Below are positions 40,970 to 53,300 of a stretch of DNA of 64,000 nucleotides, one piece after another; positions within the stretch are counted from its first letter, which is position 1; each line of letters begins with the position of its first letter. This DNA comes from Catajapyx aquilonaris (lineage: Eukaryota). Under the pieces are notes generated by a model, which searched no databases, was not told the origin of the DNA, and saw only the letters and a list, made by a program, of their open reading frames with translations. The position numbers and the translations under genes are program-made. Where the stretch lies: positions 1 to 64,000 of the forward strand of contig JYFJ02001496.1 of assembly GCA_000934665.2 (NCBI GenBank). The letters run 5' to 3'.

Positions 40970-42670
40970 TAAATGATGCATGAGTAAAACCAGAAGGTAC
41001 GTAAGGGCAGCACAGTGGTGCAGTTACGATTTGATAGCCAGAAATCTAGTGGGATCCTATTAGCATTATTTATGAATACATACTGTTGATTGACTAATCA
41101 TTAGTGAGCTTTGCAGTGGCAGTCAATTTTTTCCGGCTAAGTTACTCTGTTTGGAATTTGATCAGTTTTAAATCAAATTGTTCAGTTTGTGACTTTAATT
41201 AGTTTCGTTGGTGTAAAGTAGGCCTAAAATTAGGAAAGTACAATATAATACATGCATGTAATTTTGCTCCACATATGTGTCCACATATACGTATGAGTTT
41301 AACTTGCACAAATTAAAGTTTACATGCTGAGACAGCTATTTCCCTCAATATGACTGTGTCACCAAAATGAGTGGGTTGGAGGCATGAATATGGAATTCCC
41401 TCAGTTGGAGTCAGTTTATGCATGTCTTGGTGTAAGTGTCTAGCAATGGTAAGTGTGATTCTAATGTTAGTATAATACTGGCGGAAAATCTGGCTGTTTC
41501 AGACAGTATACGGCACTTCAGTGATTTACGAACAATTGAAGCTATTTTAATGAGATTTTAACTGTGCAGTTTTCATTGTGCACACCTAGTTCACAATACA
41601 TATAATACCCACATTGAATGGCATTCCATTGTAATGGAGTAATGTAATTTTTGTAATAAGGATGTGATTTTCTCAGGTAGGCCTCAAAAATTAAACCTTG
41701 GTACCTCTCACTGTACTCTACACTTTGACTGTGCATGTTGTGATATGGCTAGATGGGAATGTCAAGCATAGCATAAACAGTGATAATTATATGCTTATCT
41801 ACAGGATGCTCTGTGTGTCATGCTGGGTGCTTGTGATATGTATAAAAAAAATGGTCACTTGAGAACACCATAATTAGTGGCTTCCACTGCCAATTAAAAA
41901 CTGGTTTTGTTTCACTTCGTGAACAAGCAGTGATCTACACCAGAACTGTCATAAGCTGCATTTTAGTTGCACATTTATGTTGGAGCGAAGTTTTAGCACT
42001 GTTTTGCTTGTTATTGCATACCAACTTGTACAGTTGCATACATATGGGTAAATGCATGTGATCATCACACTCTAAAGCATAATCAATGAAAATTCTTGAA
42101 AATTTGAACAAACAGCTCATTGCCTTTCAGAAAATTGAGTTTGCCTTCACCTAAAGGGCATTCACAAAGTGCATTATAGCCTGTACTATTTTTTTTATTT
42201 CTGAAGCAGTGCAGATGAGAAGCAAATTTAAGTAAATGGCAAGTTTAAGTGAGCATGTGCTATTTTCATTTACTTATTTATTAATTTATTGAATCTTCAT
42301 TATATTCATTTTGTTTTCATTTTTGAATAATGTTATTACTTTGTAACATGTGCCCAGAAAGTAATTTGAGAACATGTGTGACAAAATGTTTTTAAAATTG
42401 AAAATAAGCCAAATGTTCCTTATTCCACATTATGTGTTTGTCTGGGCAAGCATAATCATGCACAACACTGTGTCGCAATTGTGTAATGTAAAGGAGATAC
42501 CCAGCAGGCTTTGCTAATGTATACTTTCACTTGAAACTTATTTTTCTTCATTTCAGAGACACTCCAGAGCTGACTTCAACATGCCCACTGCCGCCCACCC
42601 TCACCCATCCTAACTTAGGTGAAACCCTCTCCGCTGTTTCCTGCTGTCCACCCAACCTCTTCCCTCAGCC

Positions 42671-43516
42671 ATGAATGGGACTCGCCTGGGTCGAGGCAGC
42701 AAGGGCCGCACCTTGGCCCTGTGTGGGGTGGTGGCTCTCCTGGTCCTTCTAGTGTATGTGTTCCGACAGGCCCATGTGCAGCTGGGGGAAGCCAGGTCTT
42801 CAGCAGACAAGTGCTTCCAGCAGCAGGAATCTCTCTCGGCACAGTTCCAGGTCATCCTGGAATACAAAACACGCCTGGAGAAGTCCCTGCAAGCGGAGAA
42901 GGGGCAGGCAGCCAAGTTGAGGGAAGAACTACAAAAGGAAGTAATGCAGGAGAAAGATGCCAGGGAAAAGGACAAGGCGGAGGCTGCAGCCAAGTTTGAA
43001 TCCTTACAACAGCAATTCAAAATTTTGCAGGTTAGTAGTCAGCACCAAAACAGCCTATTGTGTTGCATGTATATTTCTGATAACTTCGAAAATCAGTCAG
43101 GGTTAACCTTTCTCCAGTGAAGAATAGGGCAGTGTTATATAATAGTATGTTTATGTAGAATGTAGTGCTAACTTCATTGTAGGTGAATTTATAGCGAGCA
43201 GATGAGTGGAGGCGGATTGGTGCTGCGGTAACATATGTGCCCCCGGATGTAAGGGTCCCGGGTTCAATGCCAAGCTCGGACATTCCCCCCTTCATCTCGT
43301 GCAGAGTTGGGTCATCTCTAGCTTCATTTAGGGTGGGATTCCTTGAGACTAACCACCTGGGGAACTTACAAAATGACCATATGAGACATTGCACTTCAAT
43401 TGACTTCCCCTCCCACTAAAAACTTCGCTAAAAGGTTCCAGTTGTGTACAAGTTGTACATGAAGTTAATAATAAAGGTTCGTGCTATGCCCCAAGAGGGG
43501 TCAAAGCACTACCTGG

Positions 43517-43563
<47 letters not shown>

Positions 43564-44692
43564 AGTGAGCAGATGTTTACCTTTCCCTGAAATTTTCATT
43601 GCCCACCCAATACTACAACAGAGCCAGCGTGATGACCTCCAGCAGGATTTTGACCGTCTCAGAGAATCTGAACTGAAGGCAGTGGAAGATAAAAGCCGCT
43701 TGGAGTCCCGCCTGGATTCCCTGCAGGAGCAGGAGCATGGCCTGGAGCAGGAGCTTCAGGCTTGCAAAGAGCGCTCCATGCAAGCAGAGTCAGAGAAGGC
43801 ACAGCAGCTCCAGAGATACTCCCGCCTGCAGCATGACTTCAAGCAGGCTGGAGAAAACAACAAGTTCTTCCTAGAAGAGAACACAAACTTGAAGCAACAA
43901 GTAGAGCAACTCCACGTAAGTGCAATGCATTTTTTACGGCATTTATATGTGCTGCCCTACAAGAAGAGGGCTCTCTAATGTGTCACTTCTGTCTTAATGC
44001 GTATTGCAGATGGAGCTCCGCCACTGCCAGCAGAGGCCTACTCCTGGTGCTGCTGCTCCAGTGCTGATAGCAGGAAACCTGAAACCCAGCACAGAGGCAG
44101 CTCCACAGCAGCAGGCCCCCAGAGAACAGGTAGATCAATCAAGGCTAAAGTCTTCTTCCACCACTACACCAAAGGGGCCCAGTCCCAAGACCAAAAGGTC
44201 AGTCCCAAAGGGTGACCATGGAGGGGAAGACTTTGATTATGTCCAGCCTGATGCGAAACTGGCAGATGACATAAACGTTAAGAGTGAGGGTGAGGAGAAG
44301 AATAAGCCAGCCGTTGTTGGCCAGAAGAAAGTAGAGGAGGAGAACAGGCCGAGTCAGCAGGATCCTAACAAAGACACTGCTGACCAGGAATTCTTTTAAA
44401 ATTGCTCTATTTAAGTGCCTTGTATATTGCAATGAACTAGTCATACCATGTGAGTGTCTGGATAATTTAATGCTTTGCCACCCATAACCAGTATGTACAT
44501 AGACAAGCTTTGTGCACCTGTATAAATGTTGCATGATTGCTTTGTTTCTGGTGCTTAATGTGGAACAGTTGGCAGCAAAAGGTAATCAACAATTTGTTAA
44601 TGTCGTATAACCAGCAAATACATAAACGTAGGGGCAAGAGGAGCTTTCATGGGTTTTCTCACAGCAATAAAGAGGGAGGTGAGATGCTCCAG

Positions 44693-44751
<59 letters not shown>

Positions 44752-47700
44752 CAACAAAGTACTTTATAATACCACGGGACTGTAAATAGTTGCAATTCTT
44801 TTTCTGAGGAAAGAATTGGTGCTTACTTTTTGCTGACCCCTGATTAGTAGCAATATGTTGTCCCACCCGAGACTGTAATTACAGGTCCCCTTGATGTGAA
44901 CATTATTTCTGATCTGCAACAATAAAAGAACCAAGTACTTTTTACTCTATTTTATCCCCTCCAATTACCTGCCTACCAATTGTGTGCTTGTATTGATAGC
45001 TGTACAACATGTGTACATAACATATTTTAGAATGTTGTATGTGATGCAATAATGCAGCTAACTCTGCTTCGTAACTTGCAGAAGGAGCTGTACATATGTG
45101 AGCATGATGCATGTGGGGGGAAATAAAATGTTTTCCTCCATGTGTTTTGTTGTCAACGTGTTTTTGAGTTGTACTTCTCCCTATTAATTTTTTAAAAAAT
45201 CCTTTACAGACTATTTTGCATGCATTCTAAAGCATGTTTCTTAGCACATAGGTGTAAAAATCTGTGTACATACAAGAAAAAAGATAATGCGTACAACTAA
45301 CTCTGGTTTATGTTGCTTACGCGACTGTGGCTCAACTAAAAGAATTGCTACCATAAATTCTAAAATTCATATTGGTATGGTATACTACTTGGATAATCCA
45401 ATGCTGCCTTTATCAAGTGCTGTAATGCATTGGAAATGTATTTACTGTCTGAAATGGAGCATGCATTTATGTCCAGTACGGAATTTGTGATCTTTTTCTC
45501 TGAATAGAGAGTGACTGCACTATAACATGATTTTACTACGACCATTTGTAATTCAGCTGAACTTAGTAACTCATTTTATTGCAAATTGACATGGAACTCA
45601 AGGTGACAATAGTATTGCCCATAATGTCATAATGATAGTAATAATCATGCTGAACTCTTGAGTTCCTGCAGTCAAATGTTCTACAGAGAACAAAATAATA
45701 CAAACAAGAGGGTGTCACTTAATTTGTGATAAATTTCGCCAAATGGTCCTAGGGTACACTCTTTCTATGAATGACGTTCCCAGCTTCTTAAAAACTGTGG
45801 ATACTGACAAAAATTCCTTTCCTTTGACTTGGGAAAAGAAAAGATAGTGTCATGAAGATGTAGAGGAGACTTCTATACCTATGCTATTAGTGTCAAGTGA
45901 TGCACAAACAAGTGCTAGACCCTCTGAACAGGTCTTTACAATTTACATGGTTCATTCACATTCAAACACAATCTAATCCCAATAGTGTGTAGATAAACTC
46001 GGTAAGAATGTAAGAATGCCCCAATTTTATCTGGCACAATCACTTCTGGTGCAAATAATTGAATCACTTTTTATAAGAAGGGAACAAGTCCAATTTAAGG
46101 TTATTGGACTTGTTCCCTTCTTATAAAAAGTGATTCAATTATGGTCATTAGGTATTCCAACAATTCAGCCACAAGCATTATTAGTTTGCTGGACAAGTCC
46201 CAAATATCAAGAAGCACAACGTACAGTCCCACAACAGCTACACTGGAGTCTGCCATCATGTGCAAGGGCATATGTCAGGCTTGTGCCAAGCATCCTACTT
46301 GTCATTTCACTTCCAGCTAACTAGCAGTTCCTCTACCCATCCATCAGCCCAGAGTCAGGGTCATGCCTTCCAGCACCAGTTAGTAGCACCTGCTCTCCAG
46401 GTGGCTCCAGCACAACCTCCACAGTCAGATGTTCTGGATCTACCTCACAAGAAAGACCACCAGGTAATAACTGAGCAAAATCTTAATTTTGTCCATGATC
46501 AGGATGGATCGCTGTGTGATGTTTCTCCTCACATTAAGAGTTATTTGTTGAGCCATCTCTGCATTCATTTCTCTCATTATGCCCCCAATTGTCATCTTAA
46601 TGCGTCCCTATTGTTACAGGAGAGTCGGATGCAGGCAGTGATACCAATTCCAGCAAGACTGAATAAGAAGCACGTAGCATCAATCCTGGCAAAACCACAA
46701 CAGTATAACGTAGGATATGGTCTCCAGAACCAAGTGGCACAGCTGAACTCCCACGACATGTACCAGTATCATCCCGAAGTGGTGCAGGCACGTGGATGGC
46801 AAGCACAGAGGCAGGACGGATGGGAGGCTGACAGACAAAGGCGCCAAGTTGTAGCTCCTTACCAGCAACAACTTGCACGCCCATACAAACAGGGTATTGA
46901 CTACAACATGGCTGCAGCTGCTAACGGAGGAGCAAATTACTTTGTTCCAGTTGATGCCAATCATAATGGTTTCCACCATGGGTTGAGCCAAAGGTAAGTT
47001 TCACAGAAAATAACACAGGTTCCATCCACTGTATCATAATTTGTTTCTGGTAACCAGTCATTAGTTAGTACAGGCCTATTTTGCATAACATTGTTCTGAA
47101 CATTCCAGAGTGCATAGGCGTGACATAGATGCACCAGTACTGAAGCCTCCACAGCCGCAAATGTGGCATCAAGCAAGGAAGGACTCCCATGAGACTAACC
47201 TCTTGCGACATGCAAGACCAGACTATGCCTATGACCAAAAAAAGGAGGAGGAAGAAGAGAACAAGGACAAAGAGGAAGAGATACCTCGAGTGCCCCAAGA
47301 AGGAATCCCCCTAGATGGAGATGAAGGTTAGCATCATGTTATAGTTACAGGTTTGACACAAGTCACCGTGTGACTTCCAAACGTAAAATATCCTAAAGAA
47401 GTGTTATATCACTTATATGCCCTGAAGCAGTGGTTCAAATAATGATTGCATATAGTCAATACATTGAAAAGTATTATATAAAAATGAATAAAAATTAAAA
47501 TATGGATGGGGTCCTGAAAGTCCCCACGGTTGCCGTAACTGTCAGGCACGTCACAGTTCCAGGGTTGAGTGTCCATTTCAATTAGCAGTGTTTTAGCACT
47601 AACTTCTCTCTCTCAAGACTAAATTTTCAGTCTGAACAAAAGCATTCAATTATCACCAGTGGTTACAAACTTACAATGAATGGGGATAGATTGCTTGGAA

Positions 47701-48541
47701 TCTTTTAGCACTTGATCAAGCATTAAAAACGCAATGCATTTGGCCCTGTTCTAATACCATTGCATTGGTTTAAAAAGATGCATCCCCTCACCCTCAAATA
47801 TAGTACGTACAATACAAGGTTCTCCCAGTGAACTGTAAGCAGACATGAGGAGGTTCAGGAAATGTTGAAAAATATTAATAACTTATCGTCGCTGTGGAGT
47901 CAAAACCACGTAACTCGAATAATACTAATTTTTCAGGATCAGCAAAATAACTACATACAAAAATTACACTTGCATTGAGATTTAATTGCTTCACCTGGCC
48001 ATATCTTCGCTCCTATTGGGCAAAAAATTACGCCGTTTTGATGGCAGATGCAGCGCAAAATCCCTGATTTTCAGGATCAAAAACCCGAAATTGGCCGATA
48101 AGCGAGTTACGCGGTTTTGACTCCACAGCGACGTTATGCTAGAGCATATGGGGGAACAGGCCTGCACTAGAGCTTCCGTTTCAATTTTGAAACCATTTTA
48201 AGGTCTCCAGTGAAAGACGCTAGGGAACACGCTAGGGAAACACTAGGATTAGGCTTGTTCCCCTTTGCACCCCAACACACAAACTTAGGCCATCTCAGCA
48301 TGAGCCAGCTGTACAGCAGTTTATTTCCCAGATGAGGATGACTTGGACCCACTGGAATATGAGATGAAAGGTGGAGAGGACCATGCCAAGGTGGACAATG
48401 CCAACAACCCTGTAAGTACAGACGCAGCAGCTGTCCTGTTGCCTCCTCTGCAAAGAACTCATTAATACGGAATTCCAGGTGCAAATATACCCCAAGGTGG
48501 GCCACATTCATCCTGGAAATGAGAAGATGGACCCCAACTGA
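42671..48541 (+). CDS. GOLIM4: Golgi integral membrane protein 4 (GPP130)-like type II membrane coiled-coil protein, long isoform (~551 aa)
   Basis: Short basic N-terminus, a TM segment (LALCGVVALLVLLVYVF), then QQQESLSAQFQVILEYKTRLEKSLQAEK, which matches the GOLIM4 stem motif. Exons 42671-43030, 43622-43915, 44010-44129, 46317-46463, 46620-46993, 47109-47326, 48332-48411, 48479-48541 are all phase-consistent. The 5' UTR acceptor is at 42556. Confidence 0.75.
43205..43562 (+). mobile_element. tRNA-derived SINE with a (TTG)n tail and 13-bp TSD
   Basis: A-box-like TGGTGCTGCGG and B-box GGTTCAATGCC. Tail ...GCCCCAAGAGGGGTC...(TTG)n. TSD TAGCGAGCAGATG (43192-43204) and TAGTGAGCAGATG (43563-43575). 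Confidence 0.8.
44010..44399 (+). CDS. GOLIM4: Alternative terminal exon of the GOLIM4-like gene (short isoform ~347 aa, ends ...DQEFF*)
   Basis: The frame stays open for 89 codons past the internal donor CAG|GTAGAT (44130), encoding an acidic/charged tail up to TAA at 44399. AATAAA occurs downstream at 44666 and 44921. Confidence 0.65.
   Translation: MELRHCQQRPTPGAAAPVLIAGNLKPSTEAAPQQQAPREQVDQSRLKSSSTTTPKGPSPKTKRSVPKGDHGGEDFDYVQPDAKLADDINVKSEGEEKNKPAVVGQKKVEEENRPSQQDPNKDTADQEFF
44693..44749 (+). repeat. (ATT)n microsatellite
   Basis: About 19 ATT units. Confidence 0.95.
46055..46142. repeat. Perfect palindrome: 40-bp arms, 8-nt spacer
   Basis: ATAATTGAATCACTTTTTATAAGAAGGGAACAAGTCCAAT, then TTAAGGTT, then the exact reverse complement. 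Confidence 0.95.
47887..48133. mobile_element. MITE, 247 bp, with a perfect 4-bp TSD (Sola-like by inference)
   Basis: 31-bp TIRs CGTCGCTGTGGAGTCAAAACC(A/G)CGTAACTCG, with TTAT immediately on both sides. Confidence 0.85.
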
Positions 48542-50389
48542 CCACTTGAACCAATGTTGTTGCTTCCACTACCATTCCACAAGGCCTACTGTGTAGGGTC
48601 AGATTTTCCAGCACGGGTTGAAACTCGTGCCCTCGTCAAGGGAAGCTGAAAGAAGCATTACATGCACCCCCTCCCCCCCACATGTGACTTTTCCCTCTGC
48701 ATAATTTTTTATTCTTAATTTATATAAGGAAGTAATAAATGCTCGTGACTTATTAAAAACTCGCATCATCAGTTTTCTGCCTTTATTAAAATTCACATGT
48801 CCCGTGAAAAAACTTTTTACATGTGACAAATCTCTTCAAAAAAGCCGATACAAGGATATTTTTTTTTGTCAAGTTCGACCCGGATGGTAAGTGACTTTTC
48901 CAACTCAAATAAATACTTTATTTCTTCTTTTTTCATCATTCTAGATGTTACTTTGGGGTGCCTTTCAATAAATAACTCTTCTGGTACATAAGGTGTCCAA
49001 ATTTTCAGCTTGTGATGTCATGCTTTCAAAAAAGGGGTGTGACGTGTTTTCCCGTCGTTGCTGGTCAGTTTTCTACACACAAATTTTTCGCCTCAAAAGT
49101 TACATTAGCTCGGTAGTAGTCGAGTGTTCTTCAAATAAGCAACTGATGTTCTGGCAACCATGGGATGGGCAAAGTGTGGTTGTGGAGCCAAAAATCAAGG
49201 GTATTCAAAAATGGGAGGCAAAGGAGGAGCCGTCGTAAATCCATTACCATTCTGGTGTGCTCTTTTTGGCGCGTTATTCACAGGCGCACTTTTTAAAATA
49301 GGGGGCTGGTGTTAAACATGTTGATAGATGACGCCCAAAAAATTAATCGAAGGGATGTGTGTGGCAGGTGATGGGAAACTTGCAGGGGGGGGCACAGAGC
49401 AGCAGGGCAACCCATGCAACATGCAATTACCCAAAATGTCAAAACTAAGATATCCCAAGTCATAAATGTAAACTAAACATCGGGCAGATGGGCTGCCCTG
49501 CTTTCCTAACACAATTTTTTCCACTTATTCTCATTACTCTCCAATGAATCAAAAAACTTAACCAAGTGCTGATCTAACCCCCCCGACAAACAAACACATG
49601 AATCGTCCTCTCACACACAGTTAACTAATTCCCTTCGAGTACAACCCCGACCCCAAATCCCAAGACATCAAAACCAAACCCACCTGCAAAAACAAAATGA
49701 ACTGACATGCAAACTTGTTCCCCATTACGTCAAACCCTCCCACACTATTTCAAAACCAATTAGAATCAATCAATTACAACGCAGCTCTCATGGTTTTATG
49801 CGATGTTTCATAATCACAATATCACACTGGGAACAAACAACTGGATCGTGGGAGGGCTTCAGGATGGGTTGAATGAGTGGGGAGGCTGAACTTGGGGAGG
49901 GGGTATAGAGCATCACCAACAAAATAACTACGTTAACGAAACACACAAAAAATCAAACCTCCGAGACGCAAAGTCTCGTGTTTCTTCATTCTCTCTCTCT
50001 TAAGAGCCCTGTAGTTAGCCCATGTTAAGGATGTAGCATAAGTGCAGAAGATCAAAAAACTCCACGCTAAGGTTCTCAACCGGGGAGGGGATCTCGACCA
50101 CTAAACACGTATGTTGTTTCTCTCCCAAGGAGACTTTTTTTTTTCTTATCATGCTTTCTGGTGGTTTCTTTTCGTATCAACGTATTTTCCTCTTTTTTTT
50201 TTGGACGCCATTGAAAAGCTACCGGGGTGGCAGTGCTTCCTGGTGCCAAAAAAAATTAAAAAATTAAAAAATTGAGGTTGAGGAAAAATCAGGGTGTTGG
50301 TGGTGATAGAACAGGGATGTTGGGGAAAGGGGTGGTCGGGGTGGGTGAGGGTGGGTGGGTGGGAGTAGGGAAGCAGGAGATGCTGGCCA

Positions 50390-53300
50390 TTAGGCACTGC
50401 TCTCAGTGGTGGTGTTCTGCACTGGCTGTGACACTTCTCCCTGTGAAGAAAAACCGGATGTAAAAATCCTCTAGCAAACTAGACCTCCAGGTTAATCATC
50501 ACTAACTCACAATATTAACGTGCCATGCATTATTGCAGTTATGGAAGGTAACTAGGGATGCAAAATTCTCTGCATCAAAAAATCAAATGACACTTCAGTG
50601 TCACGGGAAAATCGAAAAGTTCTGTCCGGTTCTGTTTTATAGCAGTGTTCTAGAAAAATTAATCCAGTCCCACATTACATCTCAGGAAACTTAGTCTCTT
50701 ACAAGTGTTAAAGCTCTGCATAGTAGCATATCGCAAATTATGCATCTTCGTATTTTAAGCAACATGCTGACATTATTTTGTTAAGTCTGCACCTACTAAG
50801 CCAGCTTAAATAATGCTGTTACTTCAAGTACATTATTTTGTACCTTACATGTGCAAATATTTTATCACTCAGGGCAGAATTCAAAGGGGTTGTTTAAATT
50901 TAAACATGCTATCATAATAATGTGACACAGGTTGACCAATCTGGCCAGACCTTCCTGGCTGCCCGGAGCTTTTATAGCCGACACCTTGGACACTTGACGG
51001 GGAAAACTGTCCAGATTGTCTTTGCCAGCCATGTGCCAAATAGTGCTTGCTACCAGAAGGTCACATTCAATTTGTGTGGGGGTCGTTACTGGTTTGTAGC
51101 TAATCCACCAGTCTTCCCACATGTTATTGTGAAGGTTGGGCATTTGTGAGCAGCACCGCCAAGGTGATGATATTGACATACTGAAATGCACTTTGTAGGA
51201 GTAGGCGTTTTATGTGGTTTGGACTACCTCTCTGAAGTCTGCCCTGAATTTTTCACTATCATCGTAGAAACTAGTAACACAGCACAAAGTACAACATCGA
51301 GTTGGGAAATGAACAAGCCATGCAGTTATAAAAGAATAGGGAAGTGAAGAGGACAATTCAGGATTTAACTGTGCCCGCCACTACTCACATTCTTTGCACC
51401 GGCAGTAACAGGAGGTTCAGGCTTGACTTCAGCTGGCTCCGGCTAGAAGTATGAAAAACACAAGAAAGAAGGAAGGGTGGAGAGAATGTGCATGCAAGAA
51501 AAAATGCAGGTGTAAAAAAACAAAGCAAACAATGCCATGAAAAGCAGGTGACTATGAAGAGAAATTCTCTCACTCCCTGTGAGGGGCAGACTAACTCACC
51601 TTCTCTGCCTTCGGCTCTGCCTGAGTGTCAGACTGAAAAATGAGGGAGAAGGGAAAAAAAGTCTGAATCACAACTACCTACAGTGCTCAATTTTAAAAAC
51701 AAAAAAAACAGCATGCAACATTGTGTGGCTTTGAAAATATGGGGAAGCATGAGATCCATACCTTCTCCCCACCATCTTCTCCCTCACGAGGCATGCGGGA
51801 GCGTCTGCGTGGTGGGCGGCGCCTGTAGCGCTGGCCCCCCTCCTGTCCACCCTCCTGTTCCTCTTCTGGGACATTCTGGAAGTTCCCAAAACAATGTGGT
51901 CCATAAGCATTTGCTATTCCATCATGCAAGTATATAAGGATAAATTCACTAACCGGCTCATCCTCCGCGCTGTGCGGGCGCCGTGGGGCTGGACGGCGGT
52001 AGTACCTGCGATAGAATCGCCTGGGGGGTCCACCCCTACGTGGGCGCCCATCATCATCCCCAACAACTTCCTTCCCCTCATCTGTCCCATCCCCTTGCCC
52101 CTGCAAGTCCCTTCCCTGCGGAGGAGGGCGGCGTCCACCCCCACCGCCACCACCTCCACCCCCGGCCGGTCCCCCCCTATAGAAGCGTGGAGTGTATCTA
52201 CCCCTTGGCCGGTAGCGCCTAAGCCCGGCAGTGGTCCCTTGCCCCTGCTGCCCTTCTCGCATCATATCACGGGCATCTTCCTCATGTTCCCCGCCGTCTG
52301 ACATTCCACCCATGTCCTCTTCATCACCACGACGAGTGCGAGGACCTCTCCTCCGCGGGTAATAGCGGCGGTTCCATCCTCGACGGCGGCGGTCAGCAGC
52401 ATAAGGGGAACCCTTTACAGGGTCCCCATTGGGGCCCGTCACATTGGCTGCTTCATTTCCCTTCTCTCCAACAACCACGTCAAACTCAACAACCTCCCCA
52501 TCGCCTACGCTGCGGACTGCCTTCTTCGGGTTGTTCTTAATGATGGCCGACTGGTGCACAAACACATCCTCCTTTGTGTCATTCCTACAGTAATATACAG
52601 AGGTTACATTAGCATCATATTTCATGGAAGTGACCTGCTGATAAACAAGACTACATTCAGAGATACAAATAGCAACTAGTCCCTGACATTTACATCACAC
52701 CTCCCAAGTAATTATGAATTTGACATGTGGAGGCAATATGGCAAAGTGGTAACACTTGCAACTACGGATCTGCATAGGTTCTGGTTCAATTGAGTTTGCT
52801 TTTCATATTGCCTGCCGAGTTTAATCAGCATCATGGTAATAAATACCCACTCCATTTGCCATAAGTCCACATTAAGGGTAACAATCCCAAAGGAAACATA
52901 ACTGCACAACATTTCATTATTTAATAGAGCAACTGGAATAATACATTATCTCATACCACTATTTAAAATTACAATGCATGAAGCTCATGAAATGCCTCTG
53001 TTGGCACAACCAAACCATGACTTCAACAGTCAAACTTATCTCAACATCACAAAATGTTAAGGGCAGTGCTCGGCATCTTGCCCTGCATGTTAATGCAGAA
53101 AATCTCTAGAAGTGAACTTCTATTGAAACAAGGATAAGCTTCATGGAATTAAATAATCGCAATAACCAACAGGTCATAGAATTAACTACAGTATAGTGAC
53201 TCACAACCACAGTTTTTAGCATGCCAAATTCCCTATATTTTAAGGTGAAATATGTGCAACCAGATGTTCCAACTTGTCAGATGCCTGGAAGTACTTTCCA

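Noticed and set aside
47327..47331. TAG at 47329-47331 as the GOLIM4 long-isoform stop
   Set aside because: It lies within the donor G|GTTAGC, and a phase-matched acidic exon continues at 48332.
48167..48511. 114-aa - strand ORF
   Set aside because: It is the antisense of the last two GOLIM4-like exons (48332-48411, 48479-48541).
50869..51247. Telomerase RNA or RNase P RNA assignment for the structured YBX intron element
   Set aside because: No CCUAA-type template on either strand and no correctly placed CR-V partner for the CR-I-like motif. Left unassigned.
51164..51247. Box C/D snoRNA-like GTGATGA...CTGA on the + strand
   Set aside because: Antisense to the host gene, no terminal stem, and only a short (~8 nt) rRNA-like complementarity.
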